A stretch of DNA of 64,000 nucleotides from a virus. This document shows, piece after piece, positions 44,978-55,433 of this stretch. The DNA lies in the IMG/VR virus record IMGVR_UViG_3300032307_000622, positions 1 through 64,000 of that record. One strand, 5' to 3'. The notes beneath the pieces are model-generated. The model was not told the origin of the DNA and did no database searches. It was given only the letters and a program-made list of their open reading frames with translations. Numbering within the stretch: the first letter of the stretch is position 1; each line of letters starts with the position of its first letter. The position numbers and the translations under genes are program-made.

Positions 44978-45361
44978 ATGGCTAATTGTGGACCTCAAGT
45001 ATTCGGTGCTGATCCGATGAATCTTAAATGGCAAATTGTTAGGGGAGATACCTCTCCTCTGAGGGTAGAATTTTACGAAGATGACGAAGTAACCCCATAT
45101 GATACTACTGATTGGGAATTTGCTGCCTCTGCCTATGATTTTAAAGCAGATACCGTGGATGAGCTTGATATTGAAGTCGGAGATGGGTATGTAATTATTA
45201 CAGCACCCTCAGACATAACTCAGTACTGGGGCACTGGATATAGATCGTCCGTAGCAGAATTAGCCTTTGATCTCCAAGTCATAGTTGATGGAGAAACCGT
45301 CTGGACACCTATTGTTGGTACCATTTCGGTTATTGGAGACGTTACAGGAGGAAGTTTATAA
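44978..45361 (+). CDS. virion protein, BppU N-terminal-like Ig fold
   Basis: IVRGDT...FDLQV...GTISV..DVT. Confidence 0.6.
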   Translation: MANCGPQVFGADPMNLKWQIVRGDTSPLRVEFYEDDEVTPYDTTDWEFAASAYDFKADTVDELDIEVGDGYVIITAPSDITQYWGTGYRSSVAELAFDLQVIVDGETVWTPIVGTISVIGDVTGGSL

Positions 45362-45552
45362 TGCCAACAGTTAAAATTGTGCCTTTCCCAGGCGGACCTG
45401 GCCCACGTGGCGAACAGGGACCAAGGGGGTACCAGGGAGATCCTGGGCCAACCTATACTCCAACAGGAGCTTCAGGAACTTTTGTTTCAAATGATAACAA
45501 AACGATAACAGTTGTTAATGGAATTATTACAGCAATCACAGAGGGAGATTAA
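45361..45552 (+). CDS. short collagen-repeat virion protein
   Basis: GPGPRGEQGPRGYQGDPGP; TITVVNGIITAI. Confidence 0.65.
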   Translation: MPTVKIVPFPGGPGPRGEQGPRGYQGDPGPTYTPTGASGTFVSNDNKTITVVNGIITAITEGD

Positions 45553-45553
45553 T

Positions 45554-45838
45554 ATGGCAACATCACATGCACTAGTTACTTTAGGAAATTCTACAGCTAC
45601 AAGGCTTACCCCAAACGGAGTTCACTCTGGTATGGATATCACTATTCAAAACGTAAGTGACGAAAACTATGTTTACATTGGTGGTGAAGACGTAAACCCT
45701 GAAGACTTTGGATACCGCTTGAGCCCTGGCCTAGCTATTTCCTTTGAGCTTCCTGGAAAAAACGCACTTTATGCCATTGCAGACGAAAATGAAACTTTGA
45801 TCGCAGTTCTAAAGACTAATCTGGAGACTGGTAACTAA
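45554..45838 (+). CDS. virion structural protein
   Basis: ITIQN....VYIGG..V....GYRL motif. Confidence 0.6.
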   Translation: MATSHALVTLGNSTATRLTPNGVHSGMDITIQNVSDENYVYIGGEDVNPEDFGYRLSPGLAISFELPGKNALYAIADENETLIAVLKTNLETGN

Positions 45839-48800
45839 TGGCTAGATTTTCTCAGAATTCATCCAGTAATGATGCATCAGCACTAAACTACGTACAGGTA
45901 GTTGGAACGCAGCAGGTAATCTCATCTGCCCCAAACTCAATTATTGACCTAAACATTACAACTACTGGTAAGCCAGTTCAAATCTCTATAACTGGTGAGG
46001 GTGCAAATGCAAATGCTGGATCTTGGCTAAGACTCAACCTATTCCGTGACAACGTAGAAATCGGAAACGCAATTCAGCTTGAGTCCTCTGCAGCTTCTGA
46101 GAACGTACCATTCGCAATTAACTTTATTGATGCAGTAGAAGCAGGTACATATAACTATTCTGCTCGTGTTACATCTATTACTGGTGGTAACTGGACATTT
46201 GGTGAGGCTGCTGGTCCTGTTATGAATGCCGTTGAGCTTACTGGTTTTGAGGGTGATCGTGGTCCTAGGGGATTTACTGGAGCTGACGCTCTATGGAACT
46301 TTACTGGTGCCTATGACCTTGGTGCATCTTACGCTATCGGAGATGTTGCAACTTATGAAGGACAAACCTGGTACAGACTAGATGCTAACGGCGGTAACAC
46401 TGGAGATACCCCAGTAGAGGGAGACTTCTGGACTCTAATTGCACGTAAGGGTGACACTGGAGATACCGCAAATATTGCTGACTTTGTGTTTGAAGTTGAT
46501 CCTGATAACCTCAGCACGATGACTGTGGCTAATCACGACATGGCAATTCGCACTACTCGTGATGATAACCAAGATGCAGACATAAGTATTGAATCTGCAG
46601 ATGACGTTTGGGTTTACGCAAATGGAGATGACATTCATCTTTATGCAGCAGACGACGTAGAAATTACTACTAACAATAACGGTGACACGTCCTACAACTG
46701 GGAGTTTAGAAATACTGGTGGACTAAAGTTCCCAGATGGCACTGTTCAGAATACCGCCTATACTGGTGGCTCAGGTGGCGGTGGCAACACAGCTGACTTT
46801 GTATTTGCTCTTCATGAGGACGGCGAGGACACTGAAAGCAGAATGACGATCCACAACCACGACATGCGTATTGAAACGACTCGTGATGGTGAAGAAGATG
46901 CAGACATTGAGATTAACTCAGCAGATGATGTTTGGATTACAGGATACGACGAAGTTGAAATTCGTTCAACTACCGATGAAGTAAGAATTATTACAAATAA
47001 TTTCCAAACTCAATGGCACTTTAGACCTGATGGTGGCATTCTCTTCCCAGACAATACCGTCCAGACAACTGCCTATACAGGTAATGACGCAGGTCTTCCA
47101 CAAGACTTGGGAACTTCAGATAGCCCAACATTTAACAAGATTATTCTTACAAGCAATAACGGAGAAGCAGACAACATTGCAATTGGTGATGACGCATTTG
47201 TTGGCGATGCCAATGTTGCAAACCACGTAGCAATTTTTGGTAACCAAGATTCAACTAATGGCGGTATTATTCTAGGTGACGGACTTACAGAGACACTATC
47301 TTCTGATGGCTCAAACCTTTTTGTAACTGCAGACAACGACATTGTTCTTAACCCTGGAAGTACATATGCTTACATTGGTACCCCAGAACTAGACGGAAGC
47401 AATAGAATTGCCAAGATGTCTGACATCCAAGGTGGCGGACCAGACAGCCACGGTAACTTTGAGTTCAATAACAGCGAAATGTTTACCGAAGGCTCAATGG
47501 ATATTAATGCTAAGCGTGAGGATTCAGCATTAGGTGCTGCTATTGAGCTAGACCCAAATGATGGCTATATTGCTCTTTTTGCATACTCAAGCCCTAGAAC
47601 TAATTCTTTCTCACCAGACGACTGGTCAGATGCAATGTGGTTAACATGGGGAGAAGGTGGAAGCCAAGTAGTTCTAAGTGGTGCCAGCTCAATAACCACA
47701 TACATGGGTGAAGAATTTAACTCAGCACCTTTCCAGTCTATAAGCGTAAACGGTTCAGATTTTTACTCCTATCAGGGGGGATCAAGTGGAGACGGTCAAA
47801 CAACCATCTATCTATCAGGTGGTTCTCCAGACTTCCCTACCACTGTAACTTCACTTGAGTTTAAGCATCAGACCGAATCACGCATTGAAATTGATGATGA
47901 CGATGAGGAAATCTTGATCCAGGGTATAGGTTTAGATGTAAACCTTGAGTCAACAGAGGGCATTACGTTTAGGTCTAATCTAAATAGCAATACAGAATAT
48001 ACCTGGGCAATGGGATCAAATGGCGAATTTAGACTTCCTGGTGACGGATACATTCAGAACGTTGCCAATGGTTCTGGTGACGGCAGTGGGAACGACACAA
48101 TCAAAATTGTTCCAGACTCAAGCCTTGACAATGACCAATACATAATCATTGATCCAACCTTTGGTTCTCCAAACCACATTCACATTCGTGCAGGTGGTGA
48201 GCAGGATAACTCAAGTGCAGACTTGATTCTCGGTGGTGAAAGAACTCACGTCAGGCTATCTGACACCGATGGGGCAGTCTACGTTTCTTCGAAGCGAGAA
48301 GACACAACCACCGCTTATGTAAACGGCGGTGGCTTTGAGGCTAATGTTCTAGCCATCGTTGGAGATCTATCGCACATCCAGCCATATGCAAACTTCAGTG
48401 TTGAGGTGGGCGGAGATCTCTATCAGATCGACTATGTAAGCTACAACTCTGGCACAAACGTAACTCAAATTACCGCAACCCCAGCAACGTTTGAAATGAA
48501 CGGTGTCTACGTAATCCACCAATCAAACGGTGAAAACTACTGGGCATTTAACGAAAACGGATATCTAATGGGTCCTGCAATGGGTAGCCTAGGTGTTACA
48601 GGTATTATAAATGCTGATGGTGACCTATACGTTCAGTCCTCCAATGACAATGTATCTGTTAGCAGTGGTGCAAGCATAAACCTAAATGCTAACAATGCTG
48701 TTAGAGTAACTACAGATGGTGGGGATTCGGCTTGGGACTTTGGTGCTGACGGAAAGCTGTACGGTCCAGGAGAAGAGGGTACTCTAATACTTGGTGGAGA

Positions 48801-49398
48801 GCTTTTGACTACAGATAGGAACATGTCAATCAGGTCTACCCAGCAGTCAGTAGTTCTAAGTGGACAGCTTGGAGAATTCCTGGGAAGTTCAGATGATGCA
48901 AGCAGCCAGATTGCAACTATTGGAGATGTAAACGCAGCTAGATTTGGTGCCTCAGCATCATTCTTTAGCACGGTAGACCAGGGTCCATCTGCTGCAAACA
49001 CAATCCAGGCATTTACCTTTAACAATACTGATTGGGCAACTGGAGTTACACTTGGTAGCACAACTCAGATAACGATGGCAAATGCTGGAAAGTATAATAT
49101 TGCGTTCTCAGCTCAAATGCACCAAACCAATAGCTCTGGCCTTATCAACATCTGGCTAAACAAGAACGGTACTCCGCTAGCAAACTCAAACACAAAGTTT
49201 GCAATTACTTCTAATAATCCATACTCTGTTGCAGCACTAAACCTGTTTGTAGATGCTGCTGCTGGTGATTACTACGAACTTATGTGGTCTTCTGACAGCC
49301 AACACACGGTAATGGAATATGAGGCAGCAACTGGTTCTGGAGCAACACTCCACCCAGCAGTACCATCAGTTATTTTGACGGTAAATCAAGTTGGATAG
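45838..49398 (+). CDS. large tail fibre / receptor-binding protein
   Basis: 1186 aa; collagen stub; carbohydrate-binding-like YAIGDVATY; duplicated FPDxTVQxTAYTG modules; C1q-like C-terminus. Confidence 0.75.
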   Translation: MARFSQNSSSNDASALNYVQVVGTQQVISSAPNSIIDLNITTTGKPVQISITGEGANANAGSWLRLNLFRDNVEIGNAIQLESSAASENVPFAINFIDAVEAGTYNYSARVTSITGGNWTFGEAAGPVMNAVELTGFEGDRGPRGFTGADALWNFTGAYDLGASYAIGDVATYEGQTWYRLDANGGNTGDTPVEGDFWTLIARKGDTGDTANIADFVFEVDPDNLSTMTVANHDMAIRTTRDDNQDADISIESADDVWVYANGDDIHLYAADDVEITTNNNGDTSYNWEFRNTGGLKFPDGTVQNTAYTGGSGGGGNTADFVFALHEDGEDTESRMTIHNHDMRIETTRDGEEDADIEINSADDVWITGYDEVEIRSTTDEVRIITNNFQTQWHFRPDGGILFPDNTVQTTAYTGNDAGLPQDLGTSDSPTFNKIILTSNNGEADNIAIGDDAFVGDANVANHVAIFGNQDSTNGGIILGDGLTETLSSDGSNLFVTADNDIVLNPGSTYAYIGTPELDGSNRIAKMSDIQGGGPDSHGNFEFNNSEMFTEGSMDINAKREDSALGAAIELDPNDGYIALFAYSSPRTNSFSPDDWSDAMWLTWGEGGSQVVLSGASSITTYMGEEFNSAPFQSISVNGSDFYSYQGGSSGDGQTTIYLSGGSPDFPTTVTSLEFKHQTESRIEIDDDDEEILIQGIGLDVNLESTEGITFRSNLNSNTEYTWAMGSNGEFRLPGDGYIQNVANGSGDGSGNDTIKIVPDSSLDNDQYIIIDPTFGSPNHIHIRAGGEQDNSSADLILGGERTHVRLSDTDGAVYVSSKREDTTTAYVNGGGFEANVLAIVGDLSHIQPYANFSVEVGGDLYQIDYVSYNSGTNVTQITATPATFEMNGVYVIHQSNGENYWAFNENGYLMGPAMGSLGVTGIINADGDLYVQSSNDNVSVSSGASINLNANNAVRVTTDGGDSAWDFGADGKLYGPGEEGTLILGGELLTTDRNMSIRSTQQSVVLSGQLGEFLGSSDDASSQIATIGDVNAARFGASASFFSTVDQGPSAANTIQAFTFNNTDWATGVTLGSTTQITMANAGKYNIAFSAQMHQTNSSGLINIWLNKNGTPLANSNTKFAITSNNPYSVAALNLFVDAAAGDYYELMWSSDSQHTVMEYEAATGSGATLHPAVPSVILTVNQVG

Positions 49399-49453
49399 CT
49401 TTTAGCGTTACAACAGCATATATTATTCTTTAATAATCTGAGATAATATATGT

Positions 49454-50155
49454 ATGCCAACCTCTAAAAGTATGGATTTCCCAAAAACAAACTATGCTGC
49501 TGCAGTTAGTAAATCAAAATCAGATGAGCCATTCCTTATTCCAGTAGCTGGACCACAGGGACCAGCTGGAAATCCTGGTCCAAAAGGAGATCGTGGAGAG
49601 CCTGGCCAGCCTGGAAAAGATGGTTTGCCAGGACCAAAAGGAGACAAGGGAGCACCAGGAAAAGATGGAAAATCTTATTTGGGCTCTTACGGACAAAGTA
49701 TTGGTTGGGCAAAATATATAAATTCTAAACCATCATCAATAGCACTTGGCTCAGACCGTGGAGAGGATGGTTGGGTAACAGTTTTTATCAAAGACGATGA
49801 CAAAATAGAAAGCTACCTACCAGAAGGCGGAGTTTCTCTATACAACAAAGAAGTTAAAAGATTTAACTTTAAGGGCCTAAAAACTGGTACGCAGGTTCAA
49901 ATTGTTTATAACTTTGTGATAACAACACTTAACCCAAATACCGAAGTATGGGCAAGAACCATTTTCCCAGAATCAAAAAATGAAACAACCACTTTTGTGG
50001 CATCCTTAAAGTATCAATATGAGTATGATTTGTCTACGACCCACAACTTCACTATTGATACTGATATAGACAGATCCTCTGGTGCCATCATTCAGCTACG
50101 TACTGATATGCAGTCTTCTGTCAAGCTAAAATCAATATATATATCAGTTTATTAG
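49454..50155 (+). CDS. collagen-repeat virion protein
   Basis: About 14 Gly-X-Y triplets. Confidence 0.75.
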   Translation: MPTSKSMDFPKTNYAAAVSKSKSDEPFLIPVAGPQGPAGNPGPKGDRGEPGQPGKDGLPGPKGDKGAPGKDGKSYLGSYGQSIGWAKYINSKPSSIALGSDRGEDGWVTVFIKDDDKIESYLPEGGVSLYNKEVKRFNFKGLKTGTQVQIVYNFVITTLNPNTEVWARTIFPESKNETTTFVASLKYQYEYDLSTTHNFTIDTDIDRSSGAIIQLRTDMQSSVKLKSIYISVY

Positions 50156-50169
50156 TGTATAATGATATC

Positions 50170-50517
50170 ATGGCTTTTCCAGGTACCCACAACATTTCAT
50201 ATTATCAGGGAGATACCCTAGAATTTACTATTAGGCCGAAGGCATCAGATGGCTCAGCATTTTCTCTAGATGGATATTCCAGCAAATTCTTTATTGCTGA
50301 CAGAAGGGGTCCATCTTTTACCGTTCAGCATGAGTGTACTGCAACTATATCTAATGGTGCAGTGTTTTGCACAATTTCTCCAGGTGTTGGTAGATTACTA
50401 ACTGCTGGTACTACATACTTTTATGATGTTCAAATAAGCAAATCTGCAGGGGCGGTTATTCACACTTTGCTAACTGGAACAATTTCAGTTACAGCAGACA
50501 TTACTGGAGCTGCATAG
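50170..50517 (+). CDS. virion protein, BppU N-terminal-like
   Basis: YQGDT...YDVQI...GTISVTADIT; leaderless ATG at 50170. Confidence 0.6.
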   Translation: MAFPGTHNISYYQGDTLEFTIRPKASDGSAFSLDGYSSKFFIADRRGPSFTVQHECTATISNGAVFCTISPGVGRLLTAGTTYFYDVQISKSAGAVIHTLLTGTISVTADITGAA

Positions 50518-51077
50518 TGACCGTATTAGTTGCAAACGATGACTTAACTGTAATTGGTGGACCAACATCAATCAATGTTAGTTTAGATATTGGGGCAACT
50601 GGAAAACGTGGAAGCCGAATATTCCTAAGTCCTGGTAATCCAAATGATGTTGCAATTGGACAGACTCCAGAAGTTTTTGACTTAGTTATAAACGTTCTTA
50701 GATCAGATCAGGAATACCTGTATCTGTATCAGTATCAAAACTTAGGTGCTGCTAACCAATGGGTGCCTCTTTTTAAGCTAATGCCAGACACATTTTCAGA
50801 AAATCTAACAAAGCTATTCGTTGATGGAGAAACTGAGATTAATGTTCCAATATTTAGCATCACCTCAACTGAAAACCTAACTGCCCAAAATTTTAATGTT
50901 CAATGTTCAGTGATTGAGGCACACCCAGTAGTTTCTTCTGTATCTATTGGAGAAATTCAAATAATTGACGATGTACAAGTTTTACCGCTTTCTGTAAGTT
51001 CTGTAGAGTTCGTTGATGGCGAATGGACACCATTGTCTGGAACTAAGATAGTTCATTTAACGATTACTGTGGTATAA
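50517..51077 (+). CDS. virion structural protein
   Basis: G..G.RGS.I...G.P; located in the tail operon. Confidence 0.6.
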   Translation: MTVLVANDDLTVIGGPTSINVSLDIGATGKRGSRIFLSPGNPNDVAIGQTPEVFDLVINVLRSDQEYLYLYQYQNLGAANQWVPLFKLMPDTFSENLTKLFVDGETEINVPIFSITSTENLTAQNFNVQCSVIEAHPVVSSVSIGEIQIIDDVQVLPLSVSSVEFVDGEWTPLSGTKIVHLTITVV

Positions 51078-51096
51078 TTTAAAATGGTGATAAAAC

Positions 51097-51819
51097 ATGG
51101 CATCTGAAAATATTGGCCCCATATATACTACTCAAATTCCAGGGTACGAAGACTCTGCTGATATTCAGGCAGCACTAAAGCTATATCACTATGGAACAAC
51201 GACTGTTCCAACTCAAGAATCTCAAATAGTACCAAACTCTGTCGCTGGACACATAAAGGCCCTTGATACAAGAGTAGATACCATAGAATCTTTAGGTGTG
51301 GGATCATCATATACAAACGTAGAGCCAACATCTCCAGTAGAGGGCTTTATTTGGGTTAAGGCCGATAGCACAGTTCCACAATTTAATGTCCCTACATGGA
51401 AACTTAAAGGCTCTGGAAATCTTTCTGGAACATCTTTCTCAGTTTCTAATATTTCTGGAGAAAAGGTTTACTTAATACTAAAAGATTGGGGACATTCAAA
51501 TACTGGAGAAGATGTTGGCCTAGTTATTAAGTTTAATTCTGATTCTGGACCAAACTATGTTAATACTGGAGGGCTTACTTCTGCCTCTGGTTTATATTCT
51601 CCAGAGTTTCCAAATACAACAACTCAAGATTTGACGGTAGAAATAGATTTAGCAAACACTGCAGCAGCTCTTAAACCAGTTGCAACAATTGCAGATACTT
51701 CTGCTGGTCCATATTTTGGATACTACAAGAATACAAATGAAATTACATCAGTTCAGGTAACACTGTCTAGCACTGGAAACTTTGATACTGGATCTTACCA
51801 AGTCTGGAGTTATGAATAA
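51097..51819 (+). CDS. tail-associated protein
   Basis: IPGYEDSADIQAALKLYHYG; tail operon context. Confidence 0.6.
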   Translation: MASENIGPIYTTQIPGYEDSADIQAALKLYHYGTTTVPTQESQIVPNSVAGHIKALDTRVDTIESLGVGSSYTNVEPTSPVEGFIWVKADSTVPQFNVPTWKLKGSGNLSGTSFSVSNISGEKVYLILKDWGHSNTGEDVGLVIKFNSDSGPNYVNTGGLTSASGLYSPEFPNTTTQDLTVEIDLANTAAALKPVATIADTSAGPYFGYYKNTNEITSVQVTLSSTGNFDTGSYQVWSYE

Positions 51820-52451
51820 TGTCTACTATTTCTTCTACCCCTAAAGTTGCCTACATCTATGACTCTCAAACAGATACATGGCACCCAACTGCTGGAGCAG
51901 CAAACACCTCAGAAAACTATTCGTGGTCTGGCGAACACACCTTCAACGATTCTGTAACCCTGAACGATGTAGTTGTTGCAAAAGCTGGCATTAATAATTT
52001 TCAAAATCCTACAGCGAGAGATGCAGCAATTCCAAGTCCAGCTAACGGAACAGTTTGTTTTGTTAGACAAGACAATTCTGGAAATTCAATTAGGCAAATT
52101 CAATATTATTCTTCAACCAGTTCACGATGGGTAAACTACTATGACGCTCAGCTTGAAAATAAAACTGCCAACTATGTTATTACTCTAAGCGATAGTGCTA
52201 AGGCAATTACAATGGACTCATCTTCCGCAAACACTGTCACTGTTCCAGCAAATTCTACAACAGCAATTCCTGTAGGAACTATCGTAACAGTTATTCAGAC
52301 TGGAACTGGTGCAACATCTTTTGTAGAGGCATCAGGAGTAACAATAAGAAGCAAAAACTCCCACAAAACTTTAAATACCCAGTATTCAGCTGCACAATTA
52401 GTAAAAACTGATACCGATATTTGGATACTATTAGGCGATCTTAAGGCATAG
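51819..52451 (+). CDS. tail fibre protein
   Basis: C-terminal TANY...TVPAN...PVGT...Q.GTG...W.L.GDL domain shared with the 61396 gene. Confidence 0.7.
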   Translation: MSTISSTPKVAYIYDSQTDTWHPTAGAANTSENYSWSGEHTFNDSVTLNDVVVAKAGINNFQNPTARDAAIPSPANGTVCFVRQDNSGNSIRQIQYYSSTSSRWVNYYDAQLENKTANYVITLSDSAKAITMDSSSANTVTVPANSTTAIPVGTIVTVIQTGTGATSFVEASGVTIRSKNSHKTLNTQYSAAQLVKTDTDIWILLGDLKA

Positions 52452-52459
52452 GAGGTCCA

Positions 52460-53461
52460 ATGTTAAATGCTGGAATCCTTGCATCTTCGTCTTCCCTAGT
52501 TTTAGTGCCAGATCTATCAAACTTTAATCTTGCCCAGGTTAACTCAGCATTGCAGACAGCTGGGCTTGTTGTTGGCACTGTTACGACTACAGGAACAAAC
52601 GCTACACCATCAAATAGTGGACTAGTTTCCTCACAATCGCCAACTGCTGGAACGCTTGTTGAAAGATTTAGTCAGGTAAATTATGTAACCTACTCATATA
52701 CAGCACCAAGTCCAACACCAACACCAATTACGCCAACACCAGTTACACCAACCCCAGCAAACTGGTATGCAGCTGGGTGTTGTAACGGTTCTCCAATATA
52801 TGATTCAGATAATGACTATAATACTCTTAATCAAAGATTTACAGCATCATGTGCTGGTGGAACGCTAACAAATACATCTATTGGTACTACATCTTTTATG
52901 TCTGTGACCTGTACTCCAGCTCCAGTTCCAGCTCCATCACAAGATATTCCAGTTTGGTATGGTGCTGCCTGTTGTGGAGGAACTGCAATAACATCTTCAA
53001 GTGCCGCTAGCTCGTCAAACGTTTATGACAATCTTGATGCAAACTGTATTGGCGGAACAATTTATAACGCAACAGTTATTTTGGGAACTTTTGGAAATCC
53101 AAGTTATCCATCTATTAGCTGTACCTCAACACCTACACCAAGTACGCCAACACCAGGTGGAACAGTCTGGTATTGTAGCTATAGCGGAACTGATGGATCT
53201 GCTAGAACAACCCAGACATCAGATTTAACACAAACAGGAGACTGTGACTATGCTGTTGTGTGTAGCACTTCTGGATATCCAGCCTACCCAAGCTATACCC
53301 CATGTGGTGGCTCTACACCTACACCAACACCTACACCAACACCTACACCTACACCAACTCCATCTGGCGGAGGAACTTGTGGTTCTGCTTGTGGAAACTG
53401 TCTAGACTATGGATGTACATGGTATTACAGTGGACCATTTGGCCCATACTGCCAATGCTAA
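52460..53461 (+). CDS. PASTA-domain, Pro/Thr- and Cys-rich fibre-tip protein
   Basis: VPDL......AL..AGL.VG...V.SQSP.AGT PASTA pattern; PT repeats; WY..CC.G repeats. Confidence 0.7.
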   Translation: MLNAGILASSSSLVLVPDLSNFNLAQVNSALQTAGLVVGTVTTTGTNATPSNSGLVSSQSPTAGTLVERFSQVNYVTYSYTAPSPTPTPITPTPVTPTPANWYAAGCCNGSPIYDSDNDYNTLNQRFTASCAGGTLTNTSIGTTSFMSVTCTPAPVPAPSQDIPVWYGAACCGGTAITSSSAASSSNVYDNLDANCIGGTIYNATVILGTFGNPSYPSISCTSTPTPSTPTPGGTVWYCSYSGTDGSARTTQTSDLTQTGDCDYAVVCSTSGYPAYPSYTPCGGSTPTPTPTPTPTPTPTPSGGGTCGSACGNCLDYGCTWYYSGPFGPYCQC

Positions 53462-53529
53462 AAATATCATTTTTGTGATCAAGCGAACTTGTGATATAAT
53501 TTTTATGATATGAGAGGACACGCCTTAAA

Positions 53530-53769
53530 ATGGAAGAAAACTTAAATCCTTGGCAAAAATATAAGAAAAATCTTGGTGACACCAGGGTTTGGGACATGGT
53601 AAATCCAAATGCAGAACGAGTTGATGATGAGACTGCAGCAAAAAGGCTTGCAATTTGCAATGAGTGTCCAGAATTAATTAAACTTACAAAACAGTGCAAA
53701 AAGTGTGGATGCTTTATGGCTGCAAAAACTAAATTGGGTAGGGCCACCTGTCCTCTAGGGAAGTGGTAA
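53530..53769 (+). CDS. small Cys-rich protein (DUF6171-like)
   Basis: RLAICNECP...CKKCGCFM..K..L..A.CPLGKW. Confidence 0.75.
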   Translation: MEENLNPWQKYKKNLGDTRVWDMVNPNAERVDDETAAKRLAICNECPELIKLTKQCKKCGCFMAAKTKLGRATCPLGKW

Positions 53770-53770
53770 T

Positions 53771-54367
53771 ATGAAAAAAATCGAACTTGCAACTGGAATT
53801 ATGGTTTATGATGATGTTATTCCAAATCATGAATCACTTGTAAACGACATTGAAGAAGTTGTGTCATCAGGAGCTGTCTCTTGGCAGGCCGCCGCAGTAA
53901 AGACATATGACCAACCAGCAGTGGATACTAACAGTAGAGACACTAGCACAATATCTGTTCCATATAGCTCACAACCTGCGGTAGATTATTCAAATCCACA
54001 AACAACTTTCTATGGAGAGCTATCAAACATTTTTTATTCAAGCTTTGATCCTATTGAGCGTGATTATATGAATTCTTTTGGGATAAACTTTAAAGATCAT
54101 TATCCTTGGGACATTCTAAAATATGGTATTGGTCAAAAGTTTACGAACCATATAGATGATCACACAGACTATCCACGTAGAGTTTCTACTGTTTACTATA
54201 TGAATGATGATTACATGGGCGGTATGATTCATTTTCCAAGATTTAACCTTAGCTTCAAGCCAAAGGCAAATCAGATGATTCTCTTCCCATCAAACTATGT
54301 TTATAACCACTCTGTTGTTCCAGTAATAGAGGGTACTCGCTATGCAGTTGTGAGCTGGATTAACTAG
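53771..54367 (+). CDS. 2OG-Fe(II) oxygenase, prolyl 4-hydroxylase-like
   Basis: HID, YMNDDYMGG, FPSNYVYNH, GTRY motifs. Confidence 0.87.
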   Translation: MKKIELATGIMVYDDVIPNHESLVNDIEEVVSSGAVSWQAAAVKTYDQPAVDTNSRDTSTISVPYSSQPAVDYSNPQTTFYGELSNIFYSSFDPIERDYMNSFGINFKDHYPWDILKYGIGQKFTNHIDDHTDYPRRVSTVYYMNDDYMGGMIHFPRFNLSFKPKANQMILFPSNYVYNHSVVPVIEGTRYAVVSWIN

Positions 54368-54368
54368 C

Positions 54369-54959
54369 ATGAAGGAACCAGTGATTCTAGACTCAGTATT
54401 GAGTTTTGAGGATCGTAACGAGCTTGTTAATGCAGTAAAAGACTATAAGCGATTTGAATTCCAGCCTGGATTTTCTAGATACATAGCATCAGATATGACA
54501 ATATCAAAGTTGGGGGAACTGGCAAATAGCCTAATTCCATTAGCAAGAAAAACCTTTAATAGTAACACTTTGCTACCAAGCTATACGCTTTTTTCTCATT
54601 ATGAGGGAGCTAACCCACCACCAAGCTTGTACAAGCATAAAGATGACAATGCCTGTACATATACGATAGACCTATGCCTATATCAAACTGAGCCATGGGA
54701 TTTATGGGTAGATGACAAATCATACACGCTACAAGAAAATCAAGCATTAGGGTACTATGGCAACGATCAACTTCATTGGCGAGAAAAGTTTCCAAAGCCA
54801 GGGGCTCAGCATGTTGCCATGGTATTTTTTCATTTTGTAGAACCAGATCATTGGTGGTTTACAAAGGGTAGCTCATATCTAAACGTTATTCGTGGACAAC
54901 TTACTAATGATGCTTGGGAAAAAAGCGAGTCAATTCGGAAAAGTATGAATAATGTCTAA
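54369..54959 (+). CDS. 2OG-Fe(II) oxygenase-like protein
   Basis: LYKHKD, CTYT, HWRE, FFHFV motifs. Confidence 0.72.
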   Translation: MKEPVILDSVLSFEDRNELVNAVKDYKRFEFQPGFSRYIASDMTISKLGELANSLIPLARKTFNSNTLLPSYTLFSHYEGANPPPSLYKHKDDNACTYTIDLCLYQTEPWDLWVDDKSYTLQENQALGYYGNDQLHWREKFPKPGAQHVAMVFFHFVEPDHWWFTKGSSYLNVIRGQLTNDAWEKSESIRKSMNNV

Positions 54960-55433
54960 AGCAGTATTCTTGGTTGACCAAGCACTCCAGTTTTTTCCAC
55001 CATTTGACATTTGATAAGCAATTCTTGCATTAGTTAGTGGATCATACAAATCCTCATTGGAGGATAGTCCATACTTTTTTCTACGATCAGGCCCCATTGA
55101 GCCAGTCATATTAATCTGAAATAATCCATAGCAATTGCTAGACTTGTTTAGTGCCATTGGTCTTTTTGTAGATTCCTTTACGACAATGGCCCAAGCATAC
55201 CTTAGCTCATATCCCCTAAATCCAGCCTCTTTTAAAATTGAGATAAGCTCTTTATCAGATAACATGGTTTTTGGGGTTCTAGTAGACTTAATAATCTCGT
55301 AGTCTCCACGTTCAAATGAAACTGTGTACGTGTTTGGAACTACCAGGCTCTGAGTCTTTGGAGAATTCAAGAATCCAAATGTGGATATAGATAGGGTTGC
55401 ACTAATTAACCCAATAGCTATGATTACATGCAT
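54930..55433 (-). CDS. secreted lysozyme-like transglycosylase
   Basis: KES catalytic Glu, YGLFQIN, NARIA, WSAWS motifs. Confidence 0.8.
   Translation of the reverse strand: MHVIIAIGLISATLSISTFGFLNSPKTQSLVVPNTYTVSFERGDYEIIKSTRTPKTMLSDKELISILKEAGFRGYELRYAWAIVVKESTKRPMALNKSSNCYGLFQINMTGSMGPDRRKKYGLSSNEDLYDPLTNARIAYQMSNGGKNWSAWSTKNTALDIIHTFPN

Noticed and set aside
46460-47090. Duplicated segment in the large fibre gene as a DGR template/variable repeat
   Set aside because: Both copies are in-frame protein repeats within one gene, differences are not adenine-specific, and no reverse transcriptase is seen.
53314-53360. ACACCW hexamer tandem repeat as a DNA-level element
   Set aside because: It is explained as the PT linker coding sequence.
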